A DNA stretch of 64,000 nt from a bacterium (GCA_965213685.1 CBDBZY010000038.1:51279-115278), one strand, 5' to 3'. Positions 18,736 to 30,022 are shown, counted from the first letter of the stretch. Translations and numbers: made by a program. Notes: generated by a model from the sequence alone, not told the origin.

Positions 18736-20132
18736 CCCGCCTCCCCGGTCGCGCCGTCTGGGCGCTCCAGGTTCTGGAGCAGCCGCCGGCCCACCCTCCA
18801 GACGTCGCCCGCACCCAGCGTGAGAACGACGTCCCCGGCCCGCGCCTCCTCGCACAAGCGGCGGGAGGCGTCCTCCAGGCTCCGCGCCGCATCGCAGTTC
18901 CTGTGGCCATGCGCCCTGATTCCCTCGGCCATTTTCCCTGCGCTCACCCCTTCGATGGGCGCCTCGCCGGCGGCGTAAATGGGCGTGATGATCACCCTGT
19001 CGGCGTCATAGAAGGCGGTGTGGAAGGCTTCTCCGAGATGGTGCGTCCTCGTGTAGCGATGCGGCTGGAACGCCACCACCAGGCGGTTCTCCGGCCAAGC
19101 CTCCCGCACGGCGCGGAGCGTGACCCGTATCTCTTCGGGATGATGCCCGTAATCGTCGAAGACAGTGACGCCCGACGCCGCGCCGACGCGCTCCAGGCGA
19201 CGGCCGATGCCGTCGAACTCACGGAGCCCCCTCCGGACGTCCGCTAAGGAGACGTCCAGCTCCAGGGCGACGGCGGCGGCGGCCAAGGCGTTGTCCGCGT
19301 TGTGGCGACCGGGCATGGGGAGGCGAATCTCTCCGATCCGCTCGCCGTGCCGCTTGACGCAAAAAACGGACTCGCCGCTTTCGTAGCGAAACTCCTCGCC
19401 CGCGTAGTCCGCCTGGGCGCCGAACCCATACGTGACGAACTGCTTCTCCACGCGGGGGATGATCTCCTGAATCGCGGGATGATCCAGGCACAGGACGGAG
19501 AAGCCGTAGAAGGGCACCTTGTTCACGAACTCCAGGAACGCGGCCTTGATGGCGTCGTAATCCTCGTAGAAGTCCAGATGCTCCTCGTCGATGTTCGTGA
19601 CGATGGAGATCGTGGGAGCGAGCCTGAGAAACGTGCCGTCGCTCTCGTCGGCTTCGGCCACCAGATACTCGCCCTCGCCCATGCGCGCGTTGGAGCCCAG
19701 CGCGTTGACGCGCCCGCCCACGACGACCGTGGGGTCGAGGCCGCCGGCCGCCAGGACGGCCGCGATGAAGGAGGTGGTGGTGGTCTTGCCGTGGGTTCCC
19801 GCGACGCCGATGCTGTATTTCATGCGCATGAGCTCGGCCAGCATCTCCGCGCGCCGGATGACGGGGATTTTCCGGCGCCTCGCCTCGGCGACCTCGACGT
19901 TCTCGGTCGTGACCGCCGAGCTGTAGACCAAAACGTCCACTCCCGCCACGTTCTCCCTCCTGTGGCCCAGCACCACCCTGGCGCCGAGGCCGCGAAGCCG
20001 GAATATCGCCTCGTTGCCCGCCAGGTCCGACCCGCTGACTTCATAGCCCAGATTCAGCAGAACCTCGGCGATGCCGCACATGCCCGTTCCGCCGATGCCC
20101 ACGAAGTGGACGCGGCTCGAGCGGCGGAACAT
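18732..20132 (-). CDS. murC: UDP-N-acetylmuramate--L-alanine ligase
   Basis: HFVGIGGTGM, AGTHGKTTT, EADESDG, DDYGHHP, FQPHRYTR. Confidence 0.97.
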   Translation of the reverse strand: MFRRSSRVHFVGIGGTGMCGIAEVLLNLGYEVSGSDLAGNEAIFRLRGLGARVVLGHRRENVAGVDVLVYSSAVTTENVEVAEARRRKIPVIRRAEMLAELMRMKYSIGVAGTHGKTTTTSFIAAVLAAGGLDPTVVVGGRVNALGSNARMGEGEYLVAEADESDGTFLRLAPTISIVTNIDEEHLDFYEDYDAIKAAFLEFVNKVPFYGFSVLCLDHPAIQEIIPRVEKQFVTYGFGAQADYAGEEFRYESGESVFCVKRHGERIGEIRLPMPGRHNADNALAAAAVALELDVSLADVRRGLREFDGIGRRLERVGAASGVTVFDDYGHHPEEIRVTLRAVREAWPENRLVVAFQPHRYTRTHHLGEAFHTAFYDADRVIITPIYAAGEAPIEGVSAGKMAEGIRAHGHRNCDAARSLEDASRRLCEEARAGDVVLTLGAGDVWRVGRRLLQNLERPDGATGEAG

Positions 20133-20181
20133 GGCGTGAGTTGCACGGGGCCGCGCGATCACCTGTTGGCTCCTTCCCTCA

Positions 20182-21264
20182 TCACGCGGCCGCCTGCTCG
20201 CGGCACAGCGCGGCCACGGCTTCGGAGGCGTTTGCCCGGGCGAGGGCGCCCATCCGACTCGACATGACGGCCAGTTTCTCCCGCTCCGCCTCGTATTCCA
20301 GGCAGGCGTCCGCCAAAATCCGCCCGCTCGCGTCCTTTTGGAGAAGCATGCGCGCGGCCCCGCGCTCCGCCAGATAGCGGGCGTTCGCCTCCTGGTGGCC
20401 GTGGGCCGCGATGGGCAGGGGAATCAGCACGGCGGGCAGGGACATGGCGGCCAGCTCCGCCACGCTCATCGCTCCCGCCCGCGCGAAGCACACCTGCGCC
20501 CAGCGATAGCGCTTCGCCATGTCATACAGATAGGGGAGGACCTCCGCGCGCGCGCCGACGCTCTCGTAGGCCGCGCGCACGCGCGCCAGGTCCGCCTCCC
20601 CCGTCTGGTGCACGAACCGCATCCTCTCCACGGCGTCGCCCAGGCGGGGCAGCGCCTCCATCATCGCCTCGTTGATGGCCCGCGCCCCCTGGCTCCCGCC
20701 AAATATGAGTACCCGCAAAGGCCCGCCCCAGGAATCCGCACTCCGCTCGAACCGCTCCGAGAACTCGCTCCGCAGCGGCAGGCCGGTCTCCACCGTCTTG
20801 TCTGCGGGAAAGCCCCCGCCCCGCACGGGCAGCCCCACGGCGACCTTCGACGCCAGGCGGGACAACAGGCGGTTGGACACGCCGGGGACGACGTTCTGCT
20901 CGATCAGGACGATCGGCCTTCTCCACAGGCTGGCGGCGACGACCGTCGGAACGCTCGCATAGCCGCCCACGCCGACGACGACGTGCGGCCGAAACCGCCT
21001 CAGAATTCCGTTCGCCTGACAAAATCCATACCCCGTCATGGCGAGTGCCCGTACCTTCCCGCCCACGGAGCGGCCCAGGACGCCGGCACACGCGATGGTC
21101 TCGAAGGGCAGTCCCTCGCGCGGCAGCACCCGCGCCTCCACGGCGCGGGCGGTGCCCACGAACAACACCTCGTTCTCGCCCGCATCCGCGAGCCAGGCCC
21201 TGGCCACCGCGACCCCCGGGTAGAGGTGTCCGCCCGTGCCGCCGCCCGCGATGAGAAGCCTCAT
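20182..21264 (-). CDS. murG: Lipid II GlcNAc transferase
   Basis: GGGTGGHLYP, GGY, EQN, GGSQGA, RAGA...E, HQEANA. Confidence 0.96.
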   Translation of the reverse strand: MRLLIAGGGTGGHLYPGVAVARAWLADAGENEVLFVGTARAVEARVLPREGLPFETIACAGVLGRSVGGKVRALAMTGYGFCQANGILRRFRPHVVVGVGGYASVPTVVAASLWRRPIVLIEQNVVPGVSNRLLSRLASKVAVGLPVRGGGFPADKTVETGLPLRSEFSERFERSADSWGGPLRVLIFGGSQGARAINEAMMEALPRLGDAVERMRFVHQTGEADLARVRAAYESVGARAEVLPYLYDMAKRYRWAQVCFARAGAMSVAELAAMSLPAVLIPLPIAAHGHQEANARYLAERGAARMLLQKDASGRILADACLEYEAEREKLAVMSSRMGALARANASEAVAALCREQAAA

Positions 21265-22418
21265 GGGCGCGCCCTCCCCCCGGGTGCCGCGTCGAACGGG
21301 CTCGCCTGCTCCCGCCCCCCAGCGGGGTCTTGATTCGGCGACGCGACCGAAAGCAGGAGCCCCAGGGCGATGAGGGTGCAGACCAGGGACGACCCGCCCA
21401 GACTGATGAGGGGCAGCGGTATGCCCGTGGTGGGCAGGAGCCCCGTCGCCACCGCCATGTTCAGGAAAGCCTGCGAGGTGACGAGAAACGTCACGCCGGC
21501 CGCCAGGAGTGCGCCGAACGCATCCTCGCAACGGGCGGATATCCGCAACCCCCGCCAGAGGAGGGCCACGAACGCCGCCGCGACGCACAGGGAGCCGATG
21601 AGCCCCAGCTCCTCGCCCACGACCGCGTAGATGAAATCCGTATGGGGCTCCGGCAGATAGAAGAGCTTCTGCTTGCCCTCGCCCAGGCCGAGGCCCGTCG
21701 CCCCGCCCCGCGCGATGGCCAGCAAGGACTGGATGAGCTGATAGCCTGCGCCCTTGGCCGCGGCGAAGGGATCCCAAAAGGCCAGAATCCGCTTCATGCG
21801 CCACGGGGCGAGGGCCACCATGCCGAACACGACGGACGCCATGGCGATCCCGCAGACGCCCAGATGCAGCCAGCGCGCACCCGCCAGGAAGAGGAGCGCG
21901 CCGACGAGTGCGGCGATCAGGATGGCCGACCCCAGGTCCGGCTGCGTCAGCACCAGGGCGAGGACGAGCGCCGGGAATCCGGCCGATGCGAGAAATCCCT
22001 CCTTCCAGCGCCTGATGCCCTCCCCCTTGAGCGCCAGGAAGTGCGCCAGGAAAACCACCAGCCCCAGTTTCGCGGCCTCCGCCGGCTGAAACGAAAGGGG
22101 GCCAAGCGCCAGCCACCGGCGGGCGCCTCCCGCCTCCTTGCCGACGCCCGGGACGAACACCAGCAAGAGCGCCAGCACCGAGGCGATGATGAAGGGGAGC
22201 GCCATCTTGCGAATCTGGCGGGGGTCGCTCCGCGAAACCGCCAGCATGAGGACGAACCCGAGCGTCGCCCACAAAATGTGGCGCTTCACGAAGAAGAACG
22301 CGTCGCCGTACGTATCCAGCGCCAGGATGTGACTCGCGCTGAACACCATGACCACGCCGAACACGACGAGGCCCAGCGCCAGGCAAAAGACGACGGGATC
22401 CATGCGTCTTTGGGTCAC
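21261..22418 (-). CDS. ftsW: SEDS peptidoglycan polymerase FtsW
   Basis: GARRW, SFQPAE, QPDLG, YLPEPHTDFI, LPLISLGGSS. Confidence 0.96.
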   Translation of the reverse strand: MTQRRMDPVVFCLALGLVVFGVVMVFSASHILALDTYGDAFFFVKRHILWATLGFVLMLAVSRSDPRQIRKMALPFIIASVLALLLVFVPGVGKEAGGARRWLALGPLSFQPAEAAKLGLVVFLAHFLALKGEGIRRWKEGFLASAGFPALVLALVLTQPDLGSAILIAALVGALLFLAGARWLHLGVCGIAMASVVFGMVALAPWRMKRILAFWDPFAAAKGAGYQLIQSLLAIARGGATGLGLGEGKQKLFYLPEPHTDFIYAVVGEELGLIGSLCVAAAFVALLWRGLRISARCEDAFGALLAAGVTFLVTSQAFLNMAVATGLLPTTGIPLPLISLGGSSLVCTLIALGLLLSVASPNQDPAGGREQASPFDAAPGGRARP

Positions 22419-23812
22419 CCTCCACCCCCTCTCGCCAGCTCCTGCACCATGCGGCGAAACGCATCGCCCCGGTGGGCGTAGTCGCGAAACTGATCGAAGC
22501 TGGAGCAGGCCGGCGAGAGGAGCACCGTATCCCCCCGCCGCGCCGCCTCGTGGGAGAAGCGCACCGCCTCGTCCAGCGTCTTCGCCTCCACGACGGGCGC
22601 GCGCCCGCGGAAGAAGCGGCCGAACCGCTCCGCCGCCTCGCCGATGAGAACCATCTGGCGAACCTTGTCCTCCACGGCGGCGCACAGGGGCGTCAGGTCG
22701 CTCCCCTTGTCCGTGCCGCCGGCGATGAGCAGCACGTTTCCCGCCAGACCCTCCAGGCTCATGGCCGTGGCGCCCACGTTCGTTCCCTTGGAGTCGTTCA
22801 CCCAGCACACGCCGTTCACCTCGCCCACCATCTCCATCCGGTGGGGCAAACCCGCAAAGCCGCGTGCGGTGCGGGCCATCGCCTCCGCGTCCGCGCCCAG
22901 AAAACGGGCCGCCGCGCACGCGGCCAGAAAATTCTCCAGGTTGTGGAGGCCGGAGGCCCGAAGGTCGTCCGCCCCGCACACCCGGACATGGCCGGCGGCC
23001 TCGGCCAGGAACACGTCGCCGTCTGCGACGCAGGCGCCCCGGCGCACCGGCCCCTTTCGGCTGAACGCCAGAACGCTTTGCGCACCGCCCGCCATGTATC
23101 GCGCCGCCCGGGGGTCGTCCGCGTTCAGCACCTTGGCGTCCCCCGCATCCTGACGGGCGAACAGCCGCGCCTTGATGGCGGCGTACTCCTGCATGTCCGG
23201 GTGCCTGTCCAGGTGGTCGGGCGTCAGGTTGGTCATCACCCCCACCCTCGGCTTTATCGTGGGCGCCCATTCGAGCTGGAAGCTGCTGACCTCGCCGACG
23301 ATGAAGTCCGCCCTCTCCCCCTCGGCCTCCACCACCTCGACGAGCGCCCTGCCAATGTTGCCGCCCACCGGCGCGCGAAAACCGCTCTCCTCCAGCATTC
23401 TTCCCAGCATCACGGCGACCGTCGTCTTGCCGTTCGTGCCGGTGACGGCGGCGACGGGCGCGGGACACAGCCGACACGCCAGCTCCACCTCGCTGATCAC
23501 CTCGGCGCCCGACGCTCGCGCCAGGGCGATATAGCGGTTCGTCGCCGGAACCCCCGGGCTCACCACGAGCAGGTCGCACGCATGAAATCGCTCCTCCCGA
23601 TGGCGCCCGAGCTCGAGAACCACCTCGGGGGGCAGCCTCCCGGCCAGGCCTGGAACTTCCTGCAGGTCCGTGCCCACCACCTGCGCGCCCAGGCGCGCCA
23701 GGGCGCCCGCCGCGGCAACCCCGCTCCGCGCCATTCCCATGACGAGCGCCCGCCTGCCAGGCAGGGATTCCGTCCACGACGTGGCCTTGCCGCCCAAAAC
23801 GAGGCTCCTCAT
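22415..23812 (-). CDS. murD: UDP-MurNAc-L-Ala--D-glutamate ligase
   Basis: TGTNGKTT, GGNIG, EVSSFQL, DHLDRH, NDSKGTN, LLSPACSSFDQF. Confidence 0.96.
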   Translation of the reverse strand: MRSLVLGGKATSWTESLPGRRALVMGMARSGVAAAGALARLGAQVVGTDLQEVPGLAGRLPPEVVLELGRHREERFHACDLLVVSPGVPATNRYIALARASGAEVISEVELACRLCPAPVAAVTGTNGKTTVAVMLGRMLEESGFRAPVGGNIGRALVEVVEAEGERADFIVGEVSSFQLEWAPTIKPRVGVMTNLTPDHLDRHPDMQEYAAIKARLFARQDAGDAKVLNADDPRAARYMAGGAQSVLAFSRKGPVRRGACVADGDVFLAEAAGHVRVCGADDLRASGLHNLENFLAACAAARFLGADAEAMARTARGFAGLPHRMEMVGEVNGVCWVNDSKGTNVGATAMSLEGLAGNVLLIAGGTDKGSDLTPLCAAVEDKVRQMVLIGEAAERFGRFFRGRAPVVEAKTLDEAVRFSHEAARRGDTVLLSPACSSFDQFRDYAHRGDAFRRMVQELARGGGG

Positions 23813-24894
23813 CTCAGCTTCAGCGTCGCCAGGCTCATCAGCGCCAGCACGACCGCGACTATCCAGAACCGGACAGTCACCTTCGGCTCGGACCAGCCCT
23901 TTGCCTCGAAGTGATGATGCAGCGGCGCCATCCGGAAAATGCGCTGGCCGGTGGCCTTGAAAGAGAACACCTGCAATATAACGGAGAGCGCCTCGATGAC
24001 GAACAGGCCGCCCACCAGAAACAGCAGGAGCTCCTGCTTGATCGCCAGCGCCACGGTGGCCAGCAGCGCGCCCAGCGAGAGGGCGCCCACGTCGCCCATG
24101 AACACCTGGGCCGGATAGGCGTTAAACCACAAAAACCCCAGGCCCGCGCCAAACATGGCGCCGCAGACGATGGTCAGCTCCCCCGCGCCGCGAACGGGCA
24201 GGATGAGCAGATACTTGGAGATGACGGCGTGCCCCGAGACATAGCTGAAAACGAGATACGCGCCTGCGGCGATCATCAGCGGGCCGATGGCGAGGCCGTC
24301 GAGTCCGTCCGTGAGATTCACGGCGTTGCTCGTCGAGACGATGACGAGGGCGGCGTAGGGCACGAACCAGATGCCGAGGTCGGGCTGGAGGTTCTTGAAG
24401 ATGGGGAACATGACGGCGGTGCTGACGCTCCCTCCGACCAGGCCGCTATACAGGGCGTATCCCACGGCGAGGCCGAGCAACCCTTGAACCGCGAACTTCC
24501 GGGAGGGCCGGACGCCGTTCTTGTCCTTGAGCACCACCTTCCGGTAATCATCCCAAAAACCCAGGAGGCCGAAGGCGGCCAGGACAAACAGACAGAGCCA
24601 GACGTAGCCGTTTGCGAGGTCGTTCCACATCAGGACCGGAACGGCCACGCACGAGAGGATGAGCACGCCGCCCATCGTCGGGGTTCCTTGTTTCGACATG
24701 TGGCTCTGCGGGCCGTCGTCCCGGATGACTTCTCCCAGCTGACGCCTTTGGAGATAGCGAATGAGGCACGGCCCCAGCAGCAGCGCCATGGCGAGGGCGG
24801 AGAGCACAGCCATGGCCGTCCGGAACGTGATGAAGCGAAACACGTTCAAGGCGGAGAGCGCGTCACTCATGGAAACGAAAGCGGAATACAGCAT
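23809..24894 (-). CDS. mraY: Phospho-MurNAc-pentapeptide transferase
   Basis: KQGTPTMGG, WDDY, NAVNLTDGLDGL, FMGDVG, MAPLHHHFE. Confidence 0.97.
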   Translation of the reverse strand: MLYSAFVSMSDALSALNVFRFITFRTAMAVLSALAMALLLGPCLIRYLQRRQLGEVIRDDGPQSHMSKQGTPTMGGVLILSCVAVPVLMWNDLANGYVWLCLFVLAAFGLLGFWDDYRKVVLKDKNGVRPSRKFAVQGLLGLAVGYALYSGLVGGSVSTAVMFPIFKNLQPDLGIWFVPYAALVIVSTSNAVNLTDGLDGLAIGPLMIAAGAYLVFSYVSGHAVISKYLLILPVRGAGELTIVCGAMFGAGLGFLWFNAYPAQVFMGDVGALSLGALLATVALAIKQELLLFLVGGLFVIEALSVILQVFSFKATGQRIFRMAPLHHHFEAKGWSEPKVTVRFWIVAVVLALMSLATLKLR

Positions 24895-26312
24895 CAGATT
24901 TCCAGTCCCTCGATCACGCGCTCCATCCCCATCGAGCGCGACCCCTTCACCAGCACCCAGTCGCCGGAGGAGAGGAGGCCGGCCACTCGTGCGGCGGCGG
25001 CCTCCGGCGCGTCAAAACCCATGAGCCGGGAATCCTCCATGCCCGCCCGGCGCGCCTCCTCGGACGCCAGCCGCATCAGCGGCCCCACCGCCACGAACAG
25101 GTCCACCCCGCATTCGGACACTTTTCGGCCCACCTCCCGATGCGCACTCTCGGCGGCCTCGCCGAGTTCCGCCATATCGCCGAGGATCGATATGAGCCTT
25201 CCGCCCCCCCGCACCTCCCCCGCAGTCTCCAGTGCGCGGAAGACGGACGCGGGATTCGCGTTGTAGGAATCATCCAGCAGGCGAACGCCCGGCCGGCCGG
25301 CCACCTCCCGCGCCCGCAGGCGCATCTCGGGGGGCTGCGCGCGCGCCAGCCCGGCGGCCGCCTCCGAGGGGGGGACGCCCAGGGCATGCGCACAGCCAGC
25401 GGCGGCCAGTGCGTTCAGAACGTTATGACGGCCGAGCACCCTCAGCCGAACGCTCCTCCGCTCCCCGTCGGGGCCCCTGAGCGTGAAGCGCACCCCCTCT
25501 GCGGCGGTCCGCACCCGGTCGGCCCAAAAATCGTTTTCCGGCGAGAAGCCAAACCGAATCACGCGCCCGCCCGCCGCCTCGTGCCTTCCGGCGAGGGTGC
25601 GGCTGTGCGCGTCCTCGCCCGAGAGGACGGCCGCCCCGTCCGCCGGCAGCCCCTCCAGTATCTCGCCTTTCGCGTCGCGCACCGCCTCGACGCTCCCGAG
25701 CCCCTCGATATGGACGGGCGCGACGTTCGTGATCACGGCGATTCGGGGCCGGGCGATTTCGGCGAGCCTTCTGATCTCACCGGCCCGGTTCATGCCCATC
25801 TCGAAGACGGCGCGGGCGTGCTCCCCGTCGAGCCGGAGCACCTCGTGCGGCAGCCCCACCAGGTTGTTCCGGTTTCCCCGGCTCTTGCACGTCGCCCCCC
25901 CCAGGGAGAGGATGGCGGCTATCATCTCCTTCGTCGTCGTCTTCCCGTTGCTGCCGGTCACCCCCACCACGGGAATCGCAAAGCGGTCGCGGTGCAAGCG
26001 CGCCAGATCGCCGAGTGCCCGCAGGGTGTCGTCCACCTCGATGACGAAGCCACAGCCCATGCGGGGAGCGTCCGCGCCTCTCTCCACGACGACGCCCGCC
26101 GCCTTTTTCTCCGCTGCCTCGTCCAGGAAGGCGGCGCCATCGAAGCGCGGGCCGCGCAGCGCGACGAACAGCTCGCCCGCTCCCAGCGTGCGCGTGTCCG
26201 TGCTCACCCCGGCGGCGCGGGTCGCGCCATCCCCGCGAACGAGCCGCCCTCCCACAGCCGCCGCAATCTCCCGCGCGTCAAAGACGGCCGCCATCGCCTC
26301 CGCCCCCATCAT
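24894..26312 (-). CDS. murF: UDP-MurNAc-tripeptide--D-Ala-D-Ala ligase
   Basis: TGSNGKTTTKE, EMGMNRAGEI, DDSYNANP, GDMAELG, VKGSR. Confidence 0.96.
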   Translation of the reverse strand: MMGAEAMAAVFDAREIAAAVGGRLVRGDGATRAAGVSTDTRTLGAGELFVALRGPRFDGAAFLDEAAEKKAAGVVVERGADAPRMGCGFVIEVDDTLRALGDLARLHRDRFAIPVVGVTGSNGKTTTKEMIAAILSLGGATCKSRGNRNNLVGLPHEVLRLDGEHARAVFEMGMNRAGEIRRLAEIARPRIAVITNVAPVHIEGLGSVEAVRDAKGEILEGLPADGAAVLSGEDAHSRTLAGRHEAAGGRVIRFGFSPENDFWADRVRTAAEGVRFTLRGPDGERRSVRLRVLGRHNVLNALAAAGCAHALGVPPSEAAAGLARAQPPEMRLRAREVAGRPGVRLLDDSYNANPASVFRALETAGEVRGGGRLISILGDMAELGEAAESAHREVGRKVSECGVDLFVAVGPLMRLASEEARRAGMEDSRLMGFDAPEAAAARVAGLLSSGDWVLVKGSRSMGMERVIEGLEI

Positions 26313-27787
26313 CCCGCATACCCCGCCAGACGCAGCGCCCTGCGCGCCTCCGCGCGATCGTCAAACGGGACGCGCTCCTTCCCCAGAACCTGATACGTCT
26401 CATGTCCCTTGCCGGCGATGATCACGGCGTCGCCCGCGCGCGCCTCGGCGAGAACCGCCTGAATCGCCTCGCGCCTGTCCACGATGGTTCTCCAGCCCCC
26501 GGCGCTCCCGGGAACCAGCGCGGCGCCCGATTCCATCTCCCTCAGAATCGCCTCGGGGTCCTCCGTGCGCGGATTGTCCGACGTCATCACCACATAATCG
26601 CTCGCCCGCAGGGCGGCGGCGGCCATGCGCGGGCGCTTTTCCCTGTCCCTGTCGCCTCCGCATCCCATGAGGGTGAGAATCCTGCCCTGTGCGACGGGGC
26701 GGGCGAACTCCAGCAGGCGGGCGAGGGCGTCCTCGGTATGCGCGTAATCCACTACCACCAAAAAGGGCTGGCCCGCGTCTATCCGCTCGAAACGCCCGGG
26801 GATGTTCCCGAGGGAGCGGACCCCCGCCGCCACCTCGTCGAGCGTCAAGCCGCAGGAGAGGCACGCCGCCGAGGCGGCCAGGATGTTGCTCAGGTTGTGG
26901 CGGCCGATGAGGGAGGTCTCGACCGGCACCCGCCCGCCGGGCGTCGCCATCCGGAAACGCATGCCGGAAGGCGCGCTGGACACGCTCTCCGCGCGAACCT
27001 CCGCCGCGCCGTCCACGGCGTACGTCCAGACGACCCTCCCCCGCGCCTCCGCCGCGATTCTCCTCCCGTATTCATCATCCGCGTTGAGGATGGAATGCGC
27101 CGGGGCGAACTCCCGGAACAGCTTCCGCTTCGCCTGAAAGTACGACTCCATGTCGCCGTGAAAATCGAGATGATCCTGCGTGAGGTTGGTGAACACGGCC
27201 GTTTGAAACTCACAGCCGAGCAACCTGCCGAGGGACAGCCCGTGACTCGACACTTCCATCACCGCGTGGGACGCGCCGGCGTCCGCCATCCGGCGCAGAT
27301 AGCGCTGCAGGTCGGGGCCCTCCGGCGTGGTGCGCGGCTCCTCGAACACGTCGCCGCCGACGCGGTAGTGAATCGTCCCCATCAAGCCGCCATCCCGGCC
27401 CGAGGAGCGGAGAATCGCATCGATGAGAAACGCGGTGGTCGTCTTCCCGTTCGTGCCCGTGACGCCGATGAGCGCCAGCTCCCCGGAGGGATGGCCATAG
27501 AACGCATCGCCGATGCGGGAGAGCGCCTCGCGGCAGGAGGACGCGACGAACTGGGGTATTTCGGGGGAGACCCCCTCCAGCCTCCGCTCCACGACGAGGG
27601 CGGCGGCGCCCGCCTCCAGTGCGGCTTCTACGAAATCGTGGCCATCGGCCTCGAAGCCCGGCACCGCGACAAAGACGTCGCCCGCCCGGATGCGGCGAGA
27701 ATCATACGCCACGCCGGCGACCCGCACGGAAAAATCCCCCGCGACGCGCGCACCGGGCACCGCCCGCGTCAACTCCCCGAACGGCAT
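26309..27787 (-). CDS. murE: UDP-MurNAc-dipeptide--meso-DAP ligase
   Basis: TGTNGKTT, MEVSSH, DHLDFH, VDYAHT, DNPR (meso-DAP specificity motif), AGKGHE. Confidence 0.96.
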   Translation of the reverse strand: MPFGELTRAVPGARVAGDFSVRVAGVAYDSRRIRAGDVFVAVPGFEADGHDFVEAALEAGAAALVVERRLEGVSPEIPQFVASSCREALSRIGDAFYGHPSGELALIGVTGTNGKTTTAFLIDAILRSSGRDGGLMGTIHYRVGGDVFEEPRTTPEGPDLQRYLRRMADAGASHAVMEVSSHGLSLGRLLGCEFQTAVFTNLTQDHLDFHGDMESYFQAKRKLFREFAPAHSILNADDEYGRRIAAEARGRVVWTYAVDGAAEVRAESVSSAPSGMRFRMATPGGRVPVETSLIGRHNLSNILAASAACLSCGLTLDEVAAGVRSLGNIPGRFERIDAGQPFLVVVDYAHTEDALARLLEFARPVAQGRILTLMGCGGDRDREKRPRMAAAALRASDYVVMTSDNPRTEDPEAILREMESGAALVPGSAGGWRTIVDRREAIQAVLAEARAGDAVIIAGKGHETYQVLGKERVPFDDRAEARRALRLAGYAG

Positions 27788-27816
27788 GCTCCTCTCTCTC
27801 ACCGCCGTCACCCCGC

Positions 27817-29615
27817 TCAATGCGCAGCACCTCCCAAAGAGGCGCTGGGCGCCCCCCCCGTCCGGCGGCCGCTTCGCGCCTCGCGCGCCCGCGCGGCCGT
27901 CGGCGGGCAGGCGCGCCACCCGCAAGACCCTGGCCCCGCTCGGGGGCACGCGCATGTAGCGCAACGCCTGCCAGGCGATTCGCCGCCAAACCGGCGCCGC
28001 GACCGTCCCTCCCCACGCGCCGCCGCGCCCGCGCCCGCCGTCAAATATGACGATGAGCGCGAACCGGGGGTTGTCGTAGGGGGCGAACCCCACGAACGAC
28101 ATGATGAAATGCGAACGGCTGTAGCCCCTCTGGCCGGGCAGGGACTTCTGCGCCGTGCCCGTCTTGCCAGCGGCGCCGTAGCCCCGGAATTTCGGCCCGC
28201 GTCCCCGTGCCCTCGGTCACCACCTTCCTCATCAGGGCGCCGATGCGTCCCGCCACCCGCTGCGAGACGACGCGGCGGACGTCCGGTGCCCGCGCGGGGC
28301 GCGTCCTCCCCCCGCCGCGTTCGACGGCGTCCAGGAGAACGGGCCTGGGCATCAGGCCGCCGTTCGCCACCGCGGCCACGGCCATCGCCATCTGCAGGGG
28401 GGTGACGCCCACCTCCTGCCCCATGGGCACAGCCGCCAGCGAGGTTCCCGACCACCGGCCCGGCGGACGGAGGATTCCCCGCGCCTCGCCGGGAAAATCA
28501 ACCCCCGTCTTTTCGCCGAAGCCGAATCGGCGCGCCATGCGGTAGATGCGGTGCTTGCCAATCTCCCGCGCCATCTTGAACACGCCGATGTTCGAGGAGC
28601 GCACGATGGCCTCCTCGGCGGTGAGCCAGCCGTATTTTTTGTGATCGCGCAGGGTATGGCGGCCGATGCGGTAGGAGCCGCGTTCGGCAAAATACCTTTT
28701 GGCGAGCGATTTTCCCGCGTCCAGAAAAGCCGCCGCCGTGATGATCTTGAACGTCGAGCCGGGCTCGTAGAACTCCTGAATGGCGGGCTCTTTCCAGAGG
28801 GAGGGGGCGGAAAGCCCGTAGGCGTTCGGGTTGAACCCCGGCACGGACGCCAGGGCCAGGATTCTCCCGCTCCAGGGTTCGACCATCATGCCGATGGCGC
28901 GCTGCGCGCCCACCCGCTGCGCCTGGGCGCGCAACTCCTTCTCGACGATATACTGGAGCACTTCGTCGATGGTGAGGCGAACGTCCGCACCCGGTCGCGG
29001 AGCCACGAGAACCCGCGCCTCGGGATGAACCGACCTCCCCTTCGCATCCCGCTGGATGCGGATGCGGCCCGCGCGCCCGGCCATGCTGCTCTCGTAGAAC
29101 CGCTCCGCACCGGACATGCCCGCATCGTCCACGCCCACGAACCCGACCACAGAGGAGGCGAGCTCCCGCTTGGGGTAGAACCGCCTGCTCTCGGTGACGA
29201 AACCTAGGCCGTCGAACCCCAGCCGCTCGATCCTTTTTTTCTGGTCCGGGTCTATCTTGCGCTTGAGCCAGACGTATCCCCGGCGGCCGTTCAGCTTCTG
29301 AAGGTAGTCCTTCATCGATCCGCCCAGAATGTTCTCGAGCGCCCGCGCCGTCCTCGGCGGATCGGCGATCTCCCCGGCCCTGGCGAAAAGGGAGGGCGCA
29401 TCGATGCTCACGGCCAGGGGACGTCCCCGCGCGTCCGTGACATCCCCGCGCCTGGCCCTCACCACAAGGGTGCGGCGCAGCTGGCGCTCCGCATAGGCCA
29501 CGAGGCGGCCCCTGTCGCGCATCTGGATGGCGAGGAGCTTGACCCCCAGCATGCAGAACGCGAACCCCACCAGGGAGCCGCAAACTATCAGGCGACGCGA
29601 GAAGCCCTGCTCCAT
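27817..29615 (-). CDS. ftsI: Penicillin-binding protein FtsI/PBP3 (frameshift near 28185; 3' end uncertain)
   Basis: N-terminal TM, R.YP, EPGSTFK (SxxK), SSN (SxN); GKTGTAQK restored in the adjacent frame. Confidence 0.92.
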
Positions 29616-29661
29616 GGACCAACCTGCTGACGGGCGGCGGTGTCAAAAAGGCGCTGTCGTG

Positions 29662-30018
29662 CTAATTTCCGCGCCCAGCCTTCACGTACACGATCTGGCC
29701 GGGCTCCGGGAAAACCATCTTCATTTTTTTTCGAGCGATCCGCTCGATTCGATCCAGCTGACGGAGCGCGGCCGCCTCGATTCGCAGGACGCGCCTGTCC
29801 TGCAAGAGTTTTTCTTTCTGGCGTTGCAGACGCGCCCGCTCATACCCGAACTTCACCATCTCCAGATGCGGCCAGACGAGTGCTGCGGCGCTGCACGCGA
29901 TGCAGGCGATGCAGACGCCGGCCCTGGGCAGGGAAACGCGCGAGGCGGCCTCCGCCTTCCCGGACGCGCCCGCCCGCCGCCGGTTTCGCCGCGGACGCCG
30001 GAGTCCTGGCCGCCACAT
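29662..30018 (-). CDS. ftsL: Cell division protein FtsL
   Basis: TM plus coiled coil, RIERIARKKMKM.FP; lies between rsmH and ftsI. Confidence 0.85.
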   Translation of the reverse strand: MWRPGLRRPRRNRRRAGASGKAEAASRVSLPRAGVCIACIACSAAALVWPHLEMVKFGYERARLQRQKEKLLQDRRVLRIEAAALRQLDRIERIARKKMKMVFPEPGQIVYVKAGRGN

Positions 30019-30022
30019 CTCC

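Noticed and set aside
26309-28102. Apparent in-frame FtsI C-terminus-MurE fusion
   Set aside because: Topologically implausible (periplasmic versus cytoplasmic domains). A C8 run at ~27852-27859 and an alternative-frame stop at 27817 suggest an indel error; MurE has its own purine-rich RBS and ATG at 27787.
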